This document shows, in pieces, positions 12,028 through 21,799 of a stretch of 31,363 nt of DNA. The translations under genes and the position numbers were made by a program. The notes under the pieces were generated by a model that searched no databases, was not told the origin of the DNA, and saw nothing but the letters and a program-made list of their open reading frames with translations. Every line of letters starts with the position of its first letter. Positions within the stretch are counted from its first letter, which is position 1. This DNA is from Fimbriimonadales bacterium (GTDB taxonomy: Bacteria; Armatimonadota; Fimbriimonadia; Fimbriimonadales; JABRVX01), in NCBI GenBank assembly GCA_045862955.1, contig BTVI01000036.1:1-31363 (forward strand), written 5' to 3'.

Positions 12028-13527
12028 TCACGCTTGGTCTGTCACCCCCAGGGCCATGCGCATGACTGCCTCCTGCGTAGCGGATCTGCCATCCGTTTCG
12101 CCCACGATCCGGCCATCGCGCATCACGAGAATGCGGTCGCTCATCCCCAGTACCTCGGGCAGGTCGGACGATATCATCAGAATGGACACACCGCGGTCTG
12201 CCAAGTCGTTCATCAAGTTGTAGATCTCCACCTTCGCTCCCACATCGACGCCTCTGGTGGGCTCGTCGAAGATCAACACACGGCACTCGGTGAAGAGCCA
12301 CTTGGCCAGCACCAGCTTCTGTTGGTTGCCGCCGCTGAGGTTCTCTGCGGCTTGCTCGATACTGGGCGTCCGGACGCCGAGGCTCTGCACCAATCGCGTC
12401 GCAGCCGACCGTTCGCGCGCCCGGCTGATCACGCCGACCGAAGACACTGCAGACAGCCGCGCCAGTGTGCAGTTCTCGCGGACCGTCATTCCCACGACGA
12501 GCCCCAGCGCCTTTCGGTCTTCGGAGAGCATCCCGATGCCATAGCGAATCGCGTCTCGTGGCGAGTGGATGCGTGCGGTTCGACCCTCGACACGAATCGT
12601 CCCCGCATCCAGCGGATCCGCACCGAAGATTGCCCGTGCCAGTTCCGTTCGCCCGGCACCCACCAAGCCGGCGATACCAACGATCTCGCCACGGCGAAGT
12701 GTCAGGCTCACGTCATGCAGAGCGCCGGTGCGGGTCAGTCCGGAAACTTCCAAAACCACGTCGCCGATTTCGCGGTAGCGCCGCGGGTACTGCTCCACGA
12801 TCTCCCGCCCGACCATGGCACGAACGATGTCATCGTGCGTCCAGTCAGGCACTGGTCGGCTCTCGATTACTCGGCCGTCGCGCAGCACCGTGGCTCGGTC
12901 GCACACCTCGAACACCTCCTCCAGTCGGTGCGAGATGTACACGACGCAGGCGCCCGAATCGCGTAGGCGCCGGATGAGATCGAAGAGCTTGCGCAGCTCG
13001 TGCTCGGTGAGCGTGGCGGACGGCTCGTCCATAACGATGACACGCGCATCTTGTGAGACTGCTTTGGCGATCTCCACCATCTGCTGCTGCGCCACCGACA
13101 GTCGCTCGATCGGCATGCGAGGAGGGATGCTGACCCCCAGACGACTTAGGTATTCCGACGTCGAACGCTCCACCCGCCCGAAGTCGGCCAGGCCAGGTAC
13201 GGCACGCGAAGGCATGCGCCCCAGAAAGATGTTCTCGGCAGCGCCCAGCGTCGGAACCAGATTGAGCTCCTGATAGATCATCGCGATCCCGTGCCGGATG
13301 GCGCTCAGCGGGTCGTGCAGGTGGACGGTGCGGCCGAAAAGACGGATCTCGCCAGAATCCATCTGTTCCGCCCCTGCCAGGATGCGCATGAGCGTGGACT
13401 TCCCCGCCCCGTTTTCGCCCAGCAGCGCATGCACCTCGCCTGCCTCAGCCCGAAAAGTGACGTCGCGCAAAGCCCTTACGCCGGGAAAGGTCTTGTTGAT
13501 GTTCAGCATCTCCAGCGCAGGCGGCAT
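12028..13527 (-). CDS. Monosaccharide ABC transporter ATP-binding protein (RbsA/MglA-type, two NBDs)
   Basis: GENGAGKST, LSVAQQQMVEIAK, MDEPSA, YISH, LSGGNQQK, FDEPTRGVDVGAK. Confidence 0.95.
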   Translation of the reverse strand: MPPALEMLNINKTFPGVRALRDVTFRAEAGEVHALLGENGAGKSTLMRILAGAEQMDSGEIRLFGRTVHLHDPLSAIRHGIAMIYQELNLVPTLGAAENIFLGRMPSRAVPGLADFGRVERSTSEYLSRLGVSIPPRMPIERLSVAQQQMVEIAKAVSQDARVIVMDEPSATLTEHELRKLFDLIRRLRDSGACVVYISHRLEEVFEVCDRATVLRDGRVIESRPVPDWTHDDIVRAMVGREIVEQYPRRYREIGDVVLEVSGLTRTGALHDVSLTLRRGEIVGIAGLVGAGRTELARAIFGADPLDAGTIRVEGRTARIHSPRDAIRYGIGMLSEDRKALGLVVGMTVRENCTLARLSAVSSVGVISRARERSAATRLVQSLGVRTPSIEQAAENLSGGNQQKLVLAKWLFTECRVLIFDEPTRGVDVGAKVEIYNLMNDLADRGVSILMISSDLPEVLGMSDRILVMRDGRIVGETDGRSATQEAVMRMALGVTDQA

Positions 13528-13582
13528 GAGGGAAAGGTTCCGCCGAGTCCGTCTCTATCCTGCGGCGAAGTACAATCGTCCC

Positions 13583-14053
13583 ATGGGCCTAGAGCTCGTG
13601 GCAGCGGTTAACGACGACTCGCCCGCGATTATTCGTGTGATCCGCTCCGTGTACGACGAGTACGGTTTCACGTGGGAAAGCGGGGGCTATCACGCAGACT
13701 TGGAGCAGATCGAAGAGCACTACCCCAACAAGGGTGGGGCTTTCTGGGTGCTACGCGAGGATGGCGAGGTCGTTGCCACGTGCGGAGTGCATAGGCACAC
13801 CCAGTCGGATTGCGAGCTAGCTCGCCTGTACCTGCTCGCCAGGCTCAGGGGCCAAGGGATCGGCAGCAGGCTTTTCCGACACACAATCGAATGGAGCCGA
13901 GCGCAGGGCTTTCGCCGGATGTTCATCTGGTCCGATGTGAAATTGACCCTCGCACACTCGCTCTACTTTCGTCACGGGGCAAAGTGGATTGGCCAACGTC
14001 GCTGTAACGACCCGGACAACAGCCTAGAGCAGGGGTTTCTCTACACGCTCTAG
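13583..14053 (+). CDS. GNAT family N-acetyltransferase
   Basis: ELARLYL..RLRGQGIGSRL acetyl-CoA motif and AHSLY..HG; the likely start ATG 13583 is clear of the ABC gene. Confidence 0.9.
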   Translation: MGLELVAAVNDDSPAIIRVIRSVYDEYGFTWESGGYHADLEQIEEHYPNKGGAFWVLREDGEVVATCGVHRHTQSDCELARLYLLARLRGQGIGSRLFRHTIEWSRAQGFRRMFIWSDVKLTLAHSLYFRHGAKWIGQRRCNDPDNSLEQGFLYTL

Positions 14054-14904
14054 GGTGCGAAGTCCGGCTCCAGCCCCGCTCCCTTGAACACTTGGGTCTT
14101 GATCGGCTTAGGCTTCTTGCCGTCCGAAATGTCCGAGTACTGCACTAGCAGCGATACGCGGCGGTTGCTGAAGTGGAACTTGTCTTCGGGGACGCGGGGC
14201 CGTGTGTCTGCGTAGGCACGCACCTGAGACAGCTGCTCTTCGCGTCCGTACTTCTTCATGGTGAGGCGCGCGGTGTTGGCACGGTCGAACGACAGCTCCC
14301 AGTTCGAGTAGCCCTTCGTAGAGTATTGCCTGGCATCGGTGTGGCCTTCGATGATCACGCGGTTGGGTAGCTTGGCTATCTCCTCGGCAAGCATCCGCAG
14401 GAGCTGCTCGGCCTGTGGATTGAGCTCGGCGCTGCCCAGCGCGAAGAAGGCGGCATCCATGCGATCGACCAACTCGATGCGAAGCCCCTCCGAGGTTAGT
14501 CGCAGGTGGATCTGACCCGCCAACCCGGTGCGGCTCCGCATCTGTTTGAGGGCCTTCTCGATACCGCTCTTCACCTGACGCATGCTCTTCTTCTCGCCCA
14601 GTCGCCCCGCGCCGGATGCCTCTGCCAGCTGCCCGCCCGTCTTGTCTTTGCCCCCCTCGGCCATTCCCGTCGTGGCGAAAGGGCTCCTGCCGCTCTGATA
14701 TCCCGCACTGAAACCGATGGGATCGTTGAAGTACCCCTCGATGGCTTTTCGCGTCTCCTGGTTCAATCCGAGGATCCACATGACCAGGAAGAACGCCATC
14801 ATGGCGGTCATGAAGTCGGCGAACGCGACCTTCCACGCTCCGCCGTGGTGGCCGCCGTGCTTCTTTCCCTTCTTGACGATACGAATCGCCTGTTCCTCTG
14901 CCAT
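14050..14904 (-). CDS. motB: Flagellar motor stator MotB
   Basis: HGGAWKVAFADFMTAMMAFF with the conserved Asp; OmpA-like IEGHTDA..SNWELS..RA..NRRV. Confidence 0.95.
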   Translation of the reverse strand: MAEEQAIRIVKKGKKHGGHHGGAWKVAFADFMTAMMAFFLVMWILGLNQETRKAIEGYFNDPIGFSAGYQSGRSPFATTGMAEGGKDKTGGQLAEASGAGRLGEKKSMRQVKSGIEKALKQMRSRTGLAGQIHLRLTSEGLRIELVDRMDAAFFALGSAELNPQAEQLLRMLAEEIAKLPNRVIIEGHTDARQYSTKGYSNWELSFDRANTARLTMKKYGREEQLSQVRAYADTRPRVPEDKFHFSNRRVSLLVQYSDISDGKKPKPIKTQVFKGAGLEPDFAP

Positions 14905-14907
14905 CGG

Positions 14908-15765
14908 CTAGGCCGCCTTATCCCGTACGAAGTCCTCCATCTCGTTGAAGCCTGGGCGCAGTTCGGGTTCGATGTTGCGGCGTGCGAACTCGCAGCAGGT
15001 AAGAGGCGCTTCGCCTCTGCCGAAGGAGATCAGCGCGTTCTTGATGGCCATCATGTACATGTGCTGGGCCTGTACGCGCATCTTCATGGCAGAGGAGAGT
15101 GGCCCGAAGATGCCGTAAGCACAGAGAACGCCGAGGAACGTACCTACCAAGGCTGCCGCCACGTGGTGGCCGATCTCCGCAGGGCTTCCACCCACCGAGC
15201 CCATCGTGATAACGACTCCGAGGACAGCGGCGACAATTCCAAAGCCCGGCATCGAGTCGGCAACGGATTGCATCAGGTTCGGGATCACCATCTCCTGCTC
15301 GTGGGCGGCATCCAGGTCGTTGTCCATCATGTCCGACAAGTCCATCGGTGAGACCGTTCCTGTTAGAATCACCTTCATCGTGTCGCAGAAGAAATGGAGC
15401 GCGTGGTGGTTCTCCAGGAAGCGCGGGAAGCGAGTAAACACCTCGCTCTCGGTGGGACGTTCGACGTGGCTTTCGAGGGCCAGCAGTCCTTCACGACGAG
15501 AGAGGTTGAAGAGCGTAAACAGCAGCTTCAGAAGTTCCTTGTAGGACTCCTTGTCGTATGAGTGTGGCTTCATGAGGGCCATGACCTCGCGGATAGCCCT
15601 GCCTATGATGCCGGGACCATGGGAGACGATCATGGAACCGACGGCGGCGCCACCAATGACGATGAACTCTGCGATCTGCAGCAAGACGGCCAGCTTGCCC
15701 CCGGCCATTGTAAAGCCGAAGACGATGCTGCCGAACACGACCAACATGCCGACAATCAGAGCCAT
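14908..15765 (-). CDS. motA: Flagellar motor stator MotA
   Basis: Q.AEFIVIGGAA, RREGLLALE, PGFGIVAAVLGVVITM, AALVGTFLG, EFARR. Confidence 0.95.
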   Translation of the reverse strand: MALIVGMLVVFGSIVFGFTMAGGKLAVLLQIAEFIVIGGAAVGSMIVSHGPGIIGRAIREVMALMKPHSYDKESYKELLKLLFTLFNLSRREGLLALESHVERPTESEVFTRFPRFLENHHALHFFCDTMKVILTGTVSPMDLSDMMDNDLDAAHEQEMVIPNLMQSVADSMPGFGIVAAVLGVVITMGSVGGSPAEIGHHVAAALVGTFLGVLCAYGIFGPLSSAMKMRVQAQHMYMMAIKNALISFGRGEAPLTCCEFARRNIEPELRPGFNEMEDFVRDKAA

Positions 15766-15900
15766 CGCGCGCTAGAGCCTCTCCCTCCGCTACACGTCCC
15801 GCATCTTTGTTCCATACTTGGCCCCTCCAGAGCCCCGTCGAAGTAACGGCGGAGCACGGAGGTAGACTAGGTTCGAACAAACGAGGGAGTCGACAGACGA

Positions 15901-17079
15901 ATGCCAGCACGCAGCCGAAGGCTTGACTGCATTCCACCTTACCTTTTCAGCGAGATCGCCCGCATCAAGGCGAGAGCGCGGGCCGAGGGCAAAGACATCA
16001 TCGACCTGGGGATCGGCGACCCGGACGTGCCGACGCCAGGGCAGATAGTGGAAGCTTTGTGCAAGTTCTCGCACGAATCTTGGACTCATCGGTACGATGA
16101 GTCACCGCATGGCCTTCCCGACTTTCTCGAGGCCGCTTCGGACTGGTTCTATCGGAACTACCAGGTGAAGCTGGACCCGCAGACCCAGCTACTGCTGCTG
16201 ATCGGGTCCAAAGAAGGGCTGGCCCACCTCTGCTGGACGTACTGCGACCCTGGCGACGTGGTGCTGGTTCCTCAGCCCGGATACACCGTGTACAAGGTGT
16301 GTTCACTGATGGCGGGTGCCGAAGTGCACGAGATGCCCCTGCGGGCCGAACGCGGGTTCTTACCAGACCTGGGGTCAATCCCCGAGGACCTTGCGGCCAG
16401 GGCCAAGCTAATGTTCGTGTGCTACCCGAACAATCCCACCGCCGCCATCGCGAACCTGGACTTTTACCGGGAGGCGCTGGAGTTCTGTGACCGGCACGAC
16501 ATCCTGCTCGTCAACGATGCCGCGTACGCGCAAGTCTGTTACGATGGCTTCTCGCACCCAAGCCTGTTACAGGTGCCGGGTGCCGCTGAGCGAGCGTTGG
16601 AGTTCCACTCGCTCTCCAAAATGTTTAATATGACGGGATGGCGGCTCGGCTTCGCAGCGGGGTGTCCCGATGTCATCGAGAACCTTGCGAAGTTGAAGTC
16701 GAACCTGGACAGCAAGCAGTTCATGGCGATCTCCGCTGCTGGTGCGTTCGCCTTGCGGTCGGCGGACAACGGAGAGGCCCTGCGGCTCTACCAAAGACGG
16801 CGCGACATCCTGGTAGGCGGCCTACGAGACCTCGGTTGGAACGTCCCGCTACCCAAGGCCACTTTCTACGTGTGGGCGCCGGTGCCGAAGGGATACGACT
16901 CGATGGCGTTTGCCAAGGACCTGCTGGAGCGCGCGCACATCGTTTGCATCCCGGGGGTCGGCTACGGTGAGGCGGGGGAAGGCTACGTAAGGATGTCTCT
17001 CACGGTGGACGGGGATCGCGACGGCGACCGCTTGGCCGAAGCGGTTCGACGCATCTCCGGCCTCGGATACGTGTTCTAG
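15901..17079 (+). CDS. dapL: PLP-dependent aminotransferase class I/II, LL-diaminopimelate aminotransferase-like
   Basis: IPPYLFSEI, DLGIGDPD, IGSKEG, YPNNPT, DAAY, SLSKMFNMTGWRLG; substrate inferred from family resemblance. Confidence 0.75.
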   Translation: MPARSRRLDCIPPYLFSEIARIKARARAEGKDIIDLGIGDPDVPTPGQIVEALCKFSHESWTHRYDESPHGLPDFLEAASDWFYRNYQVKLDPQTQLLLLIGSKEGLAHLCWTYCDPGDVVLVPQPGYTVYKVCSLMAGAEVHEMPLRAERGFLPDLGSIPEDLAARAKLMFVCYPNNPTAAIANLDFYREALEFCDRHDILLVNDAAYAQVCYDGFSHPSLLQVPGAAERALEFHSLSKMFNMTGWRLGFAAGCPDVIENLAKLKSNLDSKQFMAISAAGAFALRSADNGEALRLYQRRRDILVGGLRDLGWNVPLPKATFYVWAPVPKGYDSMAFAKDLLERAHIVCIPGVGYGEAGEGYVRMSLTVDGDRDGDRLAEAVRRISGLGYVF

Positions 17080-17086
17080 GCACTCG

Positions 17087-18364
17087 ATGAGCAGGCAGAG
17101 CGCAATCCACGAGACAACCCCTCCGAGGGAACAGGCGGTACTCGTCTACGTGAACACTGCGCCGGAAGAAGACGAGTACGTGGCATCCGAGCTTCGCTCC
17201 CTCGCCGTGAGTGCCGGCTACGATACGGTGGGCGAGTTACGGCAGCGAATAGACCGGCCGAATCCACACACGTACCTGGGCGAGGGCAAGGTCGAGGAGT
17301 TGCTGGACCTCGTGGCGCAGTGTCGGGCGGACTGTGCCATCGTGGACGCAGAGATTTCTGCCCGGCAGCAGCACAACTTGGAGGAGGTGCTGCGCTGCCG
17401 TGTGGTGGATAGGCCCCAGCTCATCCTCGAGATCTTCGGGCAGCGTGCGCACACCTCCGAGGGAGTGCTGCAGGTCGAGTTGGCCCAGCACACCTACTGG
17501 TTGCCGCGCTTGATGAGTCGCTACACCAAGTTCGAGCGCCAGCGGGGTGGAACCGGCACCCGAGGTGGAGGGGGTGAACAGCAGCTCGAGCAAGACCGAA
17601 GGAGAGTGCGCGATCGGATTGCTGCGCTGAAGGTCGAGCTAGACGAGGTGCGAAGGAAACGCCAGCATCAGCGAGACAGCCGCAGGAGATATCCGTTCCC
17701 CTTCGCAGTACTCGTTGGATACACGAGCGCCGGCAAATCCACACTGCTCAACACCATCAGCGGCTCGAGCGTGTGGGTCGACGCACAGCTCTTTTCGACG
17801 CTCGATCCAACCACGCGAAGGGTGGCACTTCCCGATGGCTACTCTGTATTCGTCACCGACACGGTGGGGTTCATCCGCAATCTACCCACTCAGCTGATTG
17901 CAGCATTTCATGCCACGCTCGAGGAGGTGACCTTCGCCGACCTGCTTATCCACGTGGTGGATGTCAGCCATCCCTATTGGGAGCTTCAGCGGGATGCCGT
18001 ATACGACACGCTCAACGAGCTGGGCGCCGGAGGCAAACCGATAGTAACGGTATTCAACAAGTGCGACCTGGTGAAGGATCAGCATCGGCTCGTGGAACTA
18101 GTGGCAGAGACGCCGTGTTCGGCATACATCTCGGCGCGAGATGCGATTGGCATCAACCACCTATCCGATCGCCTCGTTTCGGTGGTCCGCTCGCTCCTAA
18201 CACCCGTCGTTGCTCTGGTTCCCTACGCTGACAGTCATTTAGTGGCAGACTGCTACGAGATGGGACGCGTGTTGGACGCCAAGTATCTTCCCGAGGGCAT
18301 TCTCGTGACTGCCGAGGTGGTCGAGGGCATGGCGGCTCGGTTGACCCCATACTTGCAGCGATGA
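17087..18364 (+). CDS. hflX: Ribosome-splitting GTPase HflX
   Basis: GEGKVEEL, ILEIF..RA, LQVELAQ, GYTSAGKST, LFSTLDPT, DTVGFI, NKCD. Confidence 0.97.
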   Translation: MSRQSAIHETTPPREQAVLVYVNTAPEEDEYVASELRSLAVSAGYDTVGELRQRIDRPNPHTYLGEGKVEELLDLVAQCRADCAIVDAEISARQQHNLEEVLRCRVVDRPQLILEIFGQRAHTSEGVLQVELAQHTYWLPRLMSRYTKFERQRGGTGTRGGGGEQQLEQDRRRVRDRIAALKVELDEVRRKRQHQRDSRRRYPFPFAVLVGYTSAGKSTLLNTISGSSVWVDAQLFSTLDPTTRRVALPDGYSVFVTDTVGFIRNLPTQLIAAFHATLEEVTFADLLIHVVDVSHPYWELQRDAVYDTLNELGAGGKPIVTVFNKCDLVKDQHRLVELVAETPCSAYISARDAIGINHLSDRLVSVVRSLLTPVVALVPYADSHLVADCYEMGRVLDAKYLPEGILVTAEVVEGMAARLTPYLQR

Positions 18365-19407
18365 GCCCGCCTTCCCGATCCGTGCCATCTCCGTTGTACC
18401 CTGCCAATCGCAAGTATCTCGGCGCGAAAACGACTCTCCTGCCTTGGCTGCTGGAATGCTTTCAGGTTCTTACGGATGGTGGCATCGGCTCCTTCTGCGA
18501 TCCGATGGCAGGTACGGGAGTCGTGGCCTATGCAGTGGCGTCGCTACCGGACATCAGGCGGATTGTGGCCGGTGACATTTTGGTATCCAACACTGTCCCC
18601 CTGCGGGCTTTCCTGCTCGACGGAGTCGGGTTCGAGAGGGCTGCCAGGGCAATCGAGGTTCTGAGCGCCCAACCACCCATCGAAGGATATGTGTGGACAC
18701 ACTTCGGGGGGAGATACTTCTCGCACGAGAATGCTGCGCTCATGGACGCGATCCGAGAGCGCATTCAACAGGAGCAGGACCCGCGACTTGCTGACACGAT
18801 GCTGACATCCCTGCTCTACGCTGCGGACAAGGCAGCCAACACGGTCGGACAGTTCGATGCGTATATGAAGAACCTGCATGCTCCTGCAAGGAAGAGTGGC
18901 AGGCACCTGGTAGACAGCAACGCGCTGAAACCGCTCGATCTAAGGGTGCCGATCGCGGTTCGCTGCAAGGAGTCCATCGTGGACACCGCGGACGCGTGTG
19001 ATCTGCTAACCCGTCATGTGGTTGACACGGTGTACTTGGATCCACCCTATAATACGCGGCAGTACAGCGATCTCTATCACGTGCTCGAGAACATAGCACG
19101 TTGGGAGAAACCCACGGTGCATGGGCTAACGCGCAAGTTCCGGCGCGACCACCTCCGCAGTCGCTTCTCGTCGAAGGCCACTGCCGCAGACGAACTGGCT
19201 CGAGTCTGCTCGGCCGCGCGCTGCAAGCACCTCTTCCTCAGCTACAGCTCGGAGGGCATTATCCCCCACGACGAAGTCTTGCGCATATTAGGAACCATGG
19301 GACAGGTAGTGCTCCGTGAGACCGAGTATCCGGTGTTCGGTCGGGGAGCAGGACGGGCTCGTAAGCGATCCGTGATCGAACGTCTCTACTATGTCCGAAA
19401 ACGCTAA
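18361..19407 (+). CDS. DNA adenine (N6) methyltransferase, D12/alpha class (NlaIII/FokI-domain-like)
   Basis: YLGAK, DPMAGTGVV (SAM-binding), YFS.ENA..MDA, ADKAANTVG, YLDPPYNTRQY (catalytic), LSYS.EG. Confidence 0.88.
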   Translation: MSPPSRSVPSPLYPANRKYLGAKTTLLPWLLECFQVLTDGGIGSFCDPMAGTGVVAYAVASLPDIRRIVAGDILVSNTVPLRAFLLDGVGFERAARAIEVLSAQPPIEGYVWTHFGGRYFSHENAALMDAIRERIQQEQDPRLADTMLTSLLYAADKAANTVGQFDAYMKNLHAPARKSGRHLVDSNALKPLDLRVPIAVRCKESIVDTADACDLLTRHVVDTVYLDPPYNTRQYSDLYHVLENIARWEKPTVHGLTRKFRRDHLRSRFSSKATAADELARVCSAARCKHLFLSYSSEGIIPHDEVLRILGTMGQVVLRETEYPVFGRGAGRARKRSVIERLYYVRKR

Positions 19408-20230
19408 CATCCGTGGCCTAGTGGCCGAAGCGGTGTCACTACTGCAGACATCAGGGGATGCTGCTCGGCTAGAAGCCGAAGTGCTGGCCGCACATGTACT
19501 CGGGATGTCGCGATCGCTGCTCCTCGCGCATCTAGACGACGCGCCTCCTACCGAGGCGGTTAAACACTTTCGCGAACTGGTAGCTAGGCGGGCGGCGGGA
19601 GAGCCTCTGCCCTACATCCTCGGCTATCGCGAGTTCTACGGTAGACGATTTCACGTAACATCCGCGACACTTATCCCGAGGCCCGAGACCGAACTGCTAG
19701 TGGAAAGGTTCCTGGAGTTAGAGCCCGCTCTCCCTGGTGGACCTATCGTAGACGTCGGCACGGGATGTGGGTGCATTCTCGCCTCTGCCCTGCTTCCTAA
19801 CGAGAGAATCGGTATCGGCACCGATGTATCCATCGATGCACTGCGTGTCGCGGCCGAGAACGTGGCCGAGCTCGGGCTCTTCTGCCGCGCCTCCCTCATC
19901 GCGGCCGACCTGCTACGGGCCGTCCGGAAGGACTCTCTCGCGGCCGTGCTTGCAAACCTGCCCTACGTGGCCGAGGGGGATTCGCGGCTCGAGCCCCAGG
20001 TGGCCGAGTGGGAGCCGCCGCTCGCACTCTTTGCTGGTTCGGACGGGCTCTCCCTCATCCGCAGTCTCATTCCCCAAGCAGCAGTCGCGCTGAGGCCTGG
20101 TGGAGCACTTATCATGGAGATCGGAATCGGCCAGGCCGAGGAGGTAGTAAGGTTGCTCGCTGGGTGGCAGGACCTCGCAGTACTGAATGACTTGGCTGGT
20201 ATTCCGCGCGTCGTCTCGGCACGAAAGTAG
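19391..20230 (+). CDS. prmC: Release factor glutamine methyltransferase
   Basis: RRAAGEPLPYILG.REFYG, LIPRPETE, DVGTGCG, NLPY, EPPLALFAG.DGL, EIG.GQ. Confidence 0.95.
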   Translation: MSENANIRGLVAEAVSLLQTSGDAARLEAEVLAAHVLGMSRSLLLAHLDDAPPTEAVKHFRELVARRAAGEPLPYILGYREFYGRRFHVTSATLIPRPETELLVERFLELEPALPGGPIVDVGTGCGCILASALLPNERIGIGTDVSIDALRVAAENVAELGLFCRASLIAADLLRAVRKDSLAAVLANLPYVAEGDSRLEPQVAEWEPPLALFAGSDGLSLIRSLIPQAAVALRPGGALIMEIGIGQAEEVVRLLAGWQDLAVLNDLAGIPRVVSARK

Positions 20231-20272
20231 GAACAGAGCCTCGCACGACGAATCACTTGCCGGGAGGAACGC

Positions 20273-21442
20273 ATGCCGAAACAGAAACTGAACGTCGCTC
20301 TCATCGGATACCAGTTCATGGGAAAGGCGCACTCCAACGCCTATCGCCAGGTCACCCGCTACTTCGACATCCCCATCGAGCCGGTGATGAAGGTGATCTG
20401 TGGTCAAAACGCCGAGCAGGTCGCGAATGCCGCCGCGCGCCTCGGCTGGGAAGAGTGGTCGGCGGACTGGCAGCAGGTAGTTCGCCGCCCGGACGTCGAC
20501 ATGGTGGACATCTGCACCCCCGGGCACATGCACGCGCCCATGGCAATCGCCGCGGCCGAAGCCGGCAAGACGGTACTGTGCGAGAAGCCGCTAGCCAACT
20601 CGCTGGCGGAGGCACAGGCCATGCTGTCGGCGGTGACGAAGGCCGGGGTGCCCCATGGCATCTGCCACAACTACCGTAAGGTGCCCGCCGTCGCGCTCGC
20701 GCGCCAACTTATCGAGGAAGGTCGGCTGGGAACAATCTATCACTTCCGCGCTGCCTACCTGCAGGACTGGATCCTAGACCCATCTTTCCCGCTCGTGTGG
20801 AGGCTGCAGAAGGAGTTCGCGGGCTCCGGCGCGCACGGCGATCTGAACGCACACATCATCGACCTCGCCCGCTTCCTGGTCGGCGACATCGCCGAGGTGT
20901 GCGGGCACATGGTGACATTCATCGAGGAGAGGCCCAAACTGGCAGCAGCAGCCGGCGGACTGGCTGGGGCCTCGGGCGCTACAGAAATGGGGAAAGTCAC
21001 CGTGGACGATGCCACCCTCTTCCTCGCCCGCTTCGAAAATGGGGCAGTCGGCACCTTCGAGGCCACGCGCTTTGCCCAAGGGCGCAAGAACTGCAACCGG
21101 TTCGAGATCAACGGTTCGAAGGGCTCGCTCGCGTTCGACCTGGAGCGGATGAACGAGCTGCAGTTTTATTCTGCCGAAGACCCAGGGAACGCGCAGGGCT
21201 TCCGCACCATCCTCGCCACCGAGGCCGCACACCCTTACGTCGGTGCGTGGTGGCCGCCCGGGCACATCATCGGCTACGAGCACACCTTCGTGCACTTGCT
21301 GTACGATGCGTTCAGGGCCATCGGCGAGGGCAAGCCGATCTCACCGAGTTTCGAAGACGGCGTGCGCAACCAGGCGGTTCTGGAAGCAGTGGAGATCAGC
21401 GCGCAGGAGCGACGCTGGGTCTCGCCCGGTTCTCTGCTCTAG
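20273..21442 (+). CDS. Gfo/Idh/MocA family oxidoreductase
   Basis: [43 protein letters not shown]. Confidence 0.93.
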   Translation: MPKQKLNVALIGYQFMGKAHSNAYRQVTRYFDIPIEPVMKVICGQNAEQVANAAARLGWEEWSADWQQVVRRPDVDMVDICTPGHMHAPMAIAAAEAGKTVLCEKPLANSLAEAQAMLSAVTKAGVPHGICHNYRKVPAVALARQLIEEGRLGTIYHFRAAYLQDWILDPSFPLVWRLQKEFAGSGAHGDLNAHIIDLARFLVGDIAEVCGHMVTFIEERPKLAAAAGGLAGASGATEMGKVTVDDATLFLARFENGAVGTFEATRFAQGRKNCNRFEINGSKGSLAFDLERMNELQFYSAEDPGNAQGFRTILATEAAHPYVGAWWPPGHIIGYEHTFVHLLYDAFRAIGEGKPISPSFEDGVRNQAVLEAVEISAQERRWVSPGSLL

Positions 21443-21451
21443 CCACTTTCA

Positions 21452-21482
21452 CAGGGCCGCTGCCAACCCCAGCAGCGGCCCT
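21452..21482 (+). terminator. Strong hairpin right after the Gfo/Idh/MocA stop
   Basis: CAGGGCCGCTGC / GCAGCGGCCCTG perfect 12-bp stem; no U-tract. Confidence 0.5.
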
Positions 21483-21747
21483 GCCCGCCGGCTTCATGCC
21501 TGCGCTGCTCCCGCGGCGGAGGCATCGGATAGCCGGGGAGAGCGCGAGCACGCACGATCCGAGGCGGTGCGGTGCTTGTGCTCTCCGCGCATCTGTGTGT
21601 GCTCGAGGCGACGCCCAACCGAGCGTCATGCCTTTGACCCCGCGGTGCGAGGTGCCGGCGTAGCGCGCGTAGTCACGCAGTGTTCGCAGAGGGGGCGCGA
21701 AGACCGCGAGGTAGAACCGAACGACCCCTCGCACGTGACGCCCTGAG

Positions 21748-21775
21748 TGCCCCCACCGCAGGTGCGGTGGGGGCA
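21748..21775 (-). terminator. Strong hairpin after the prepilin gene stop
   Basis: TGCCCCCACCGCA-GG-TGCGGTGGGGGCA perfect 13-bp inverted repeat; no U-tract. Confidence 0.5.
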
Positions 21776-21799
21776 GGAGAGGCACGGATAGCGTGCGAG

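Noticed and set aside
14050..15765. Zorya ZorAB defence system
   Set aside because: MotA is normal length with flagellar-type motifs, and there is no zorC/D/E.
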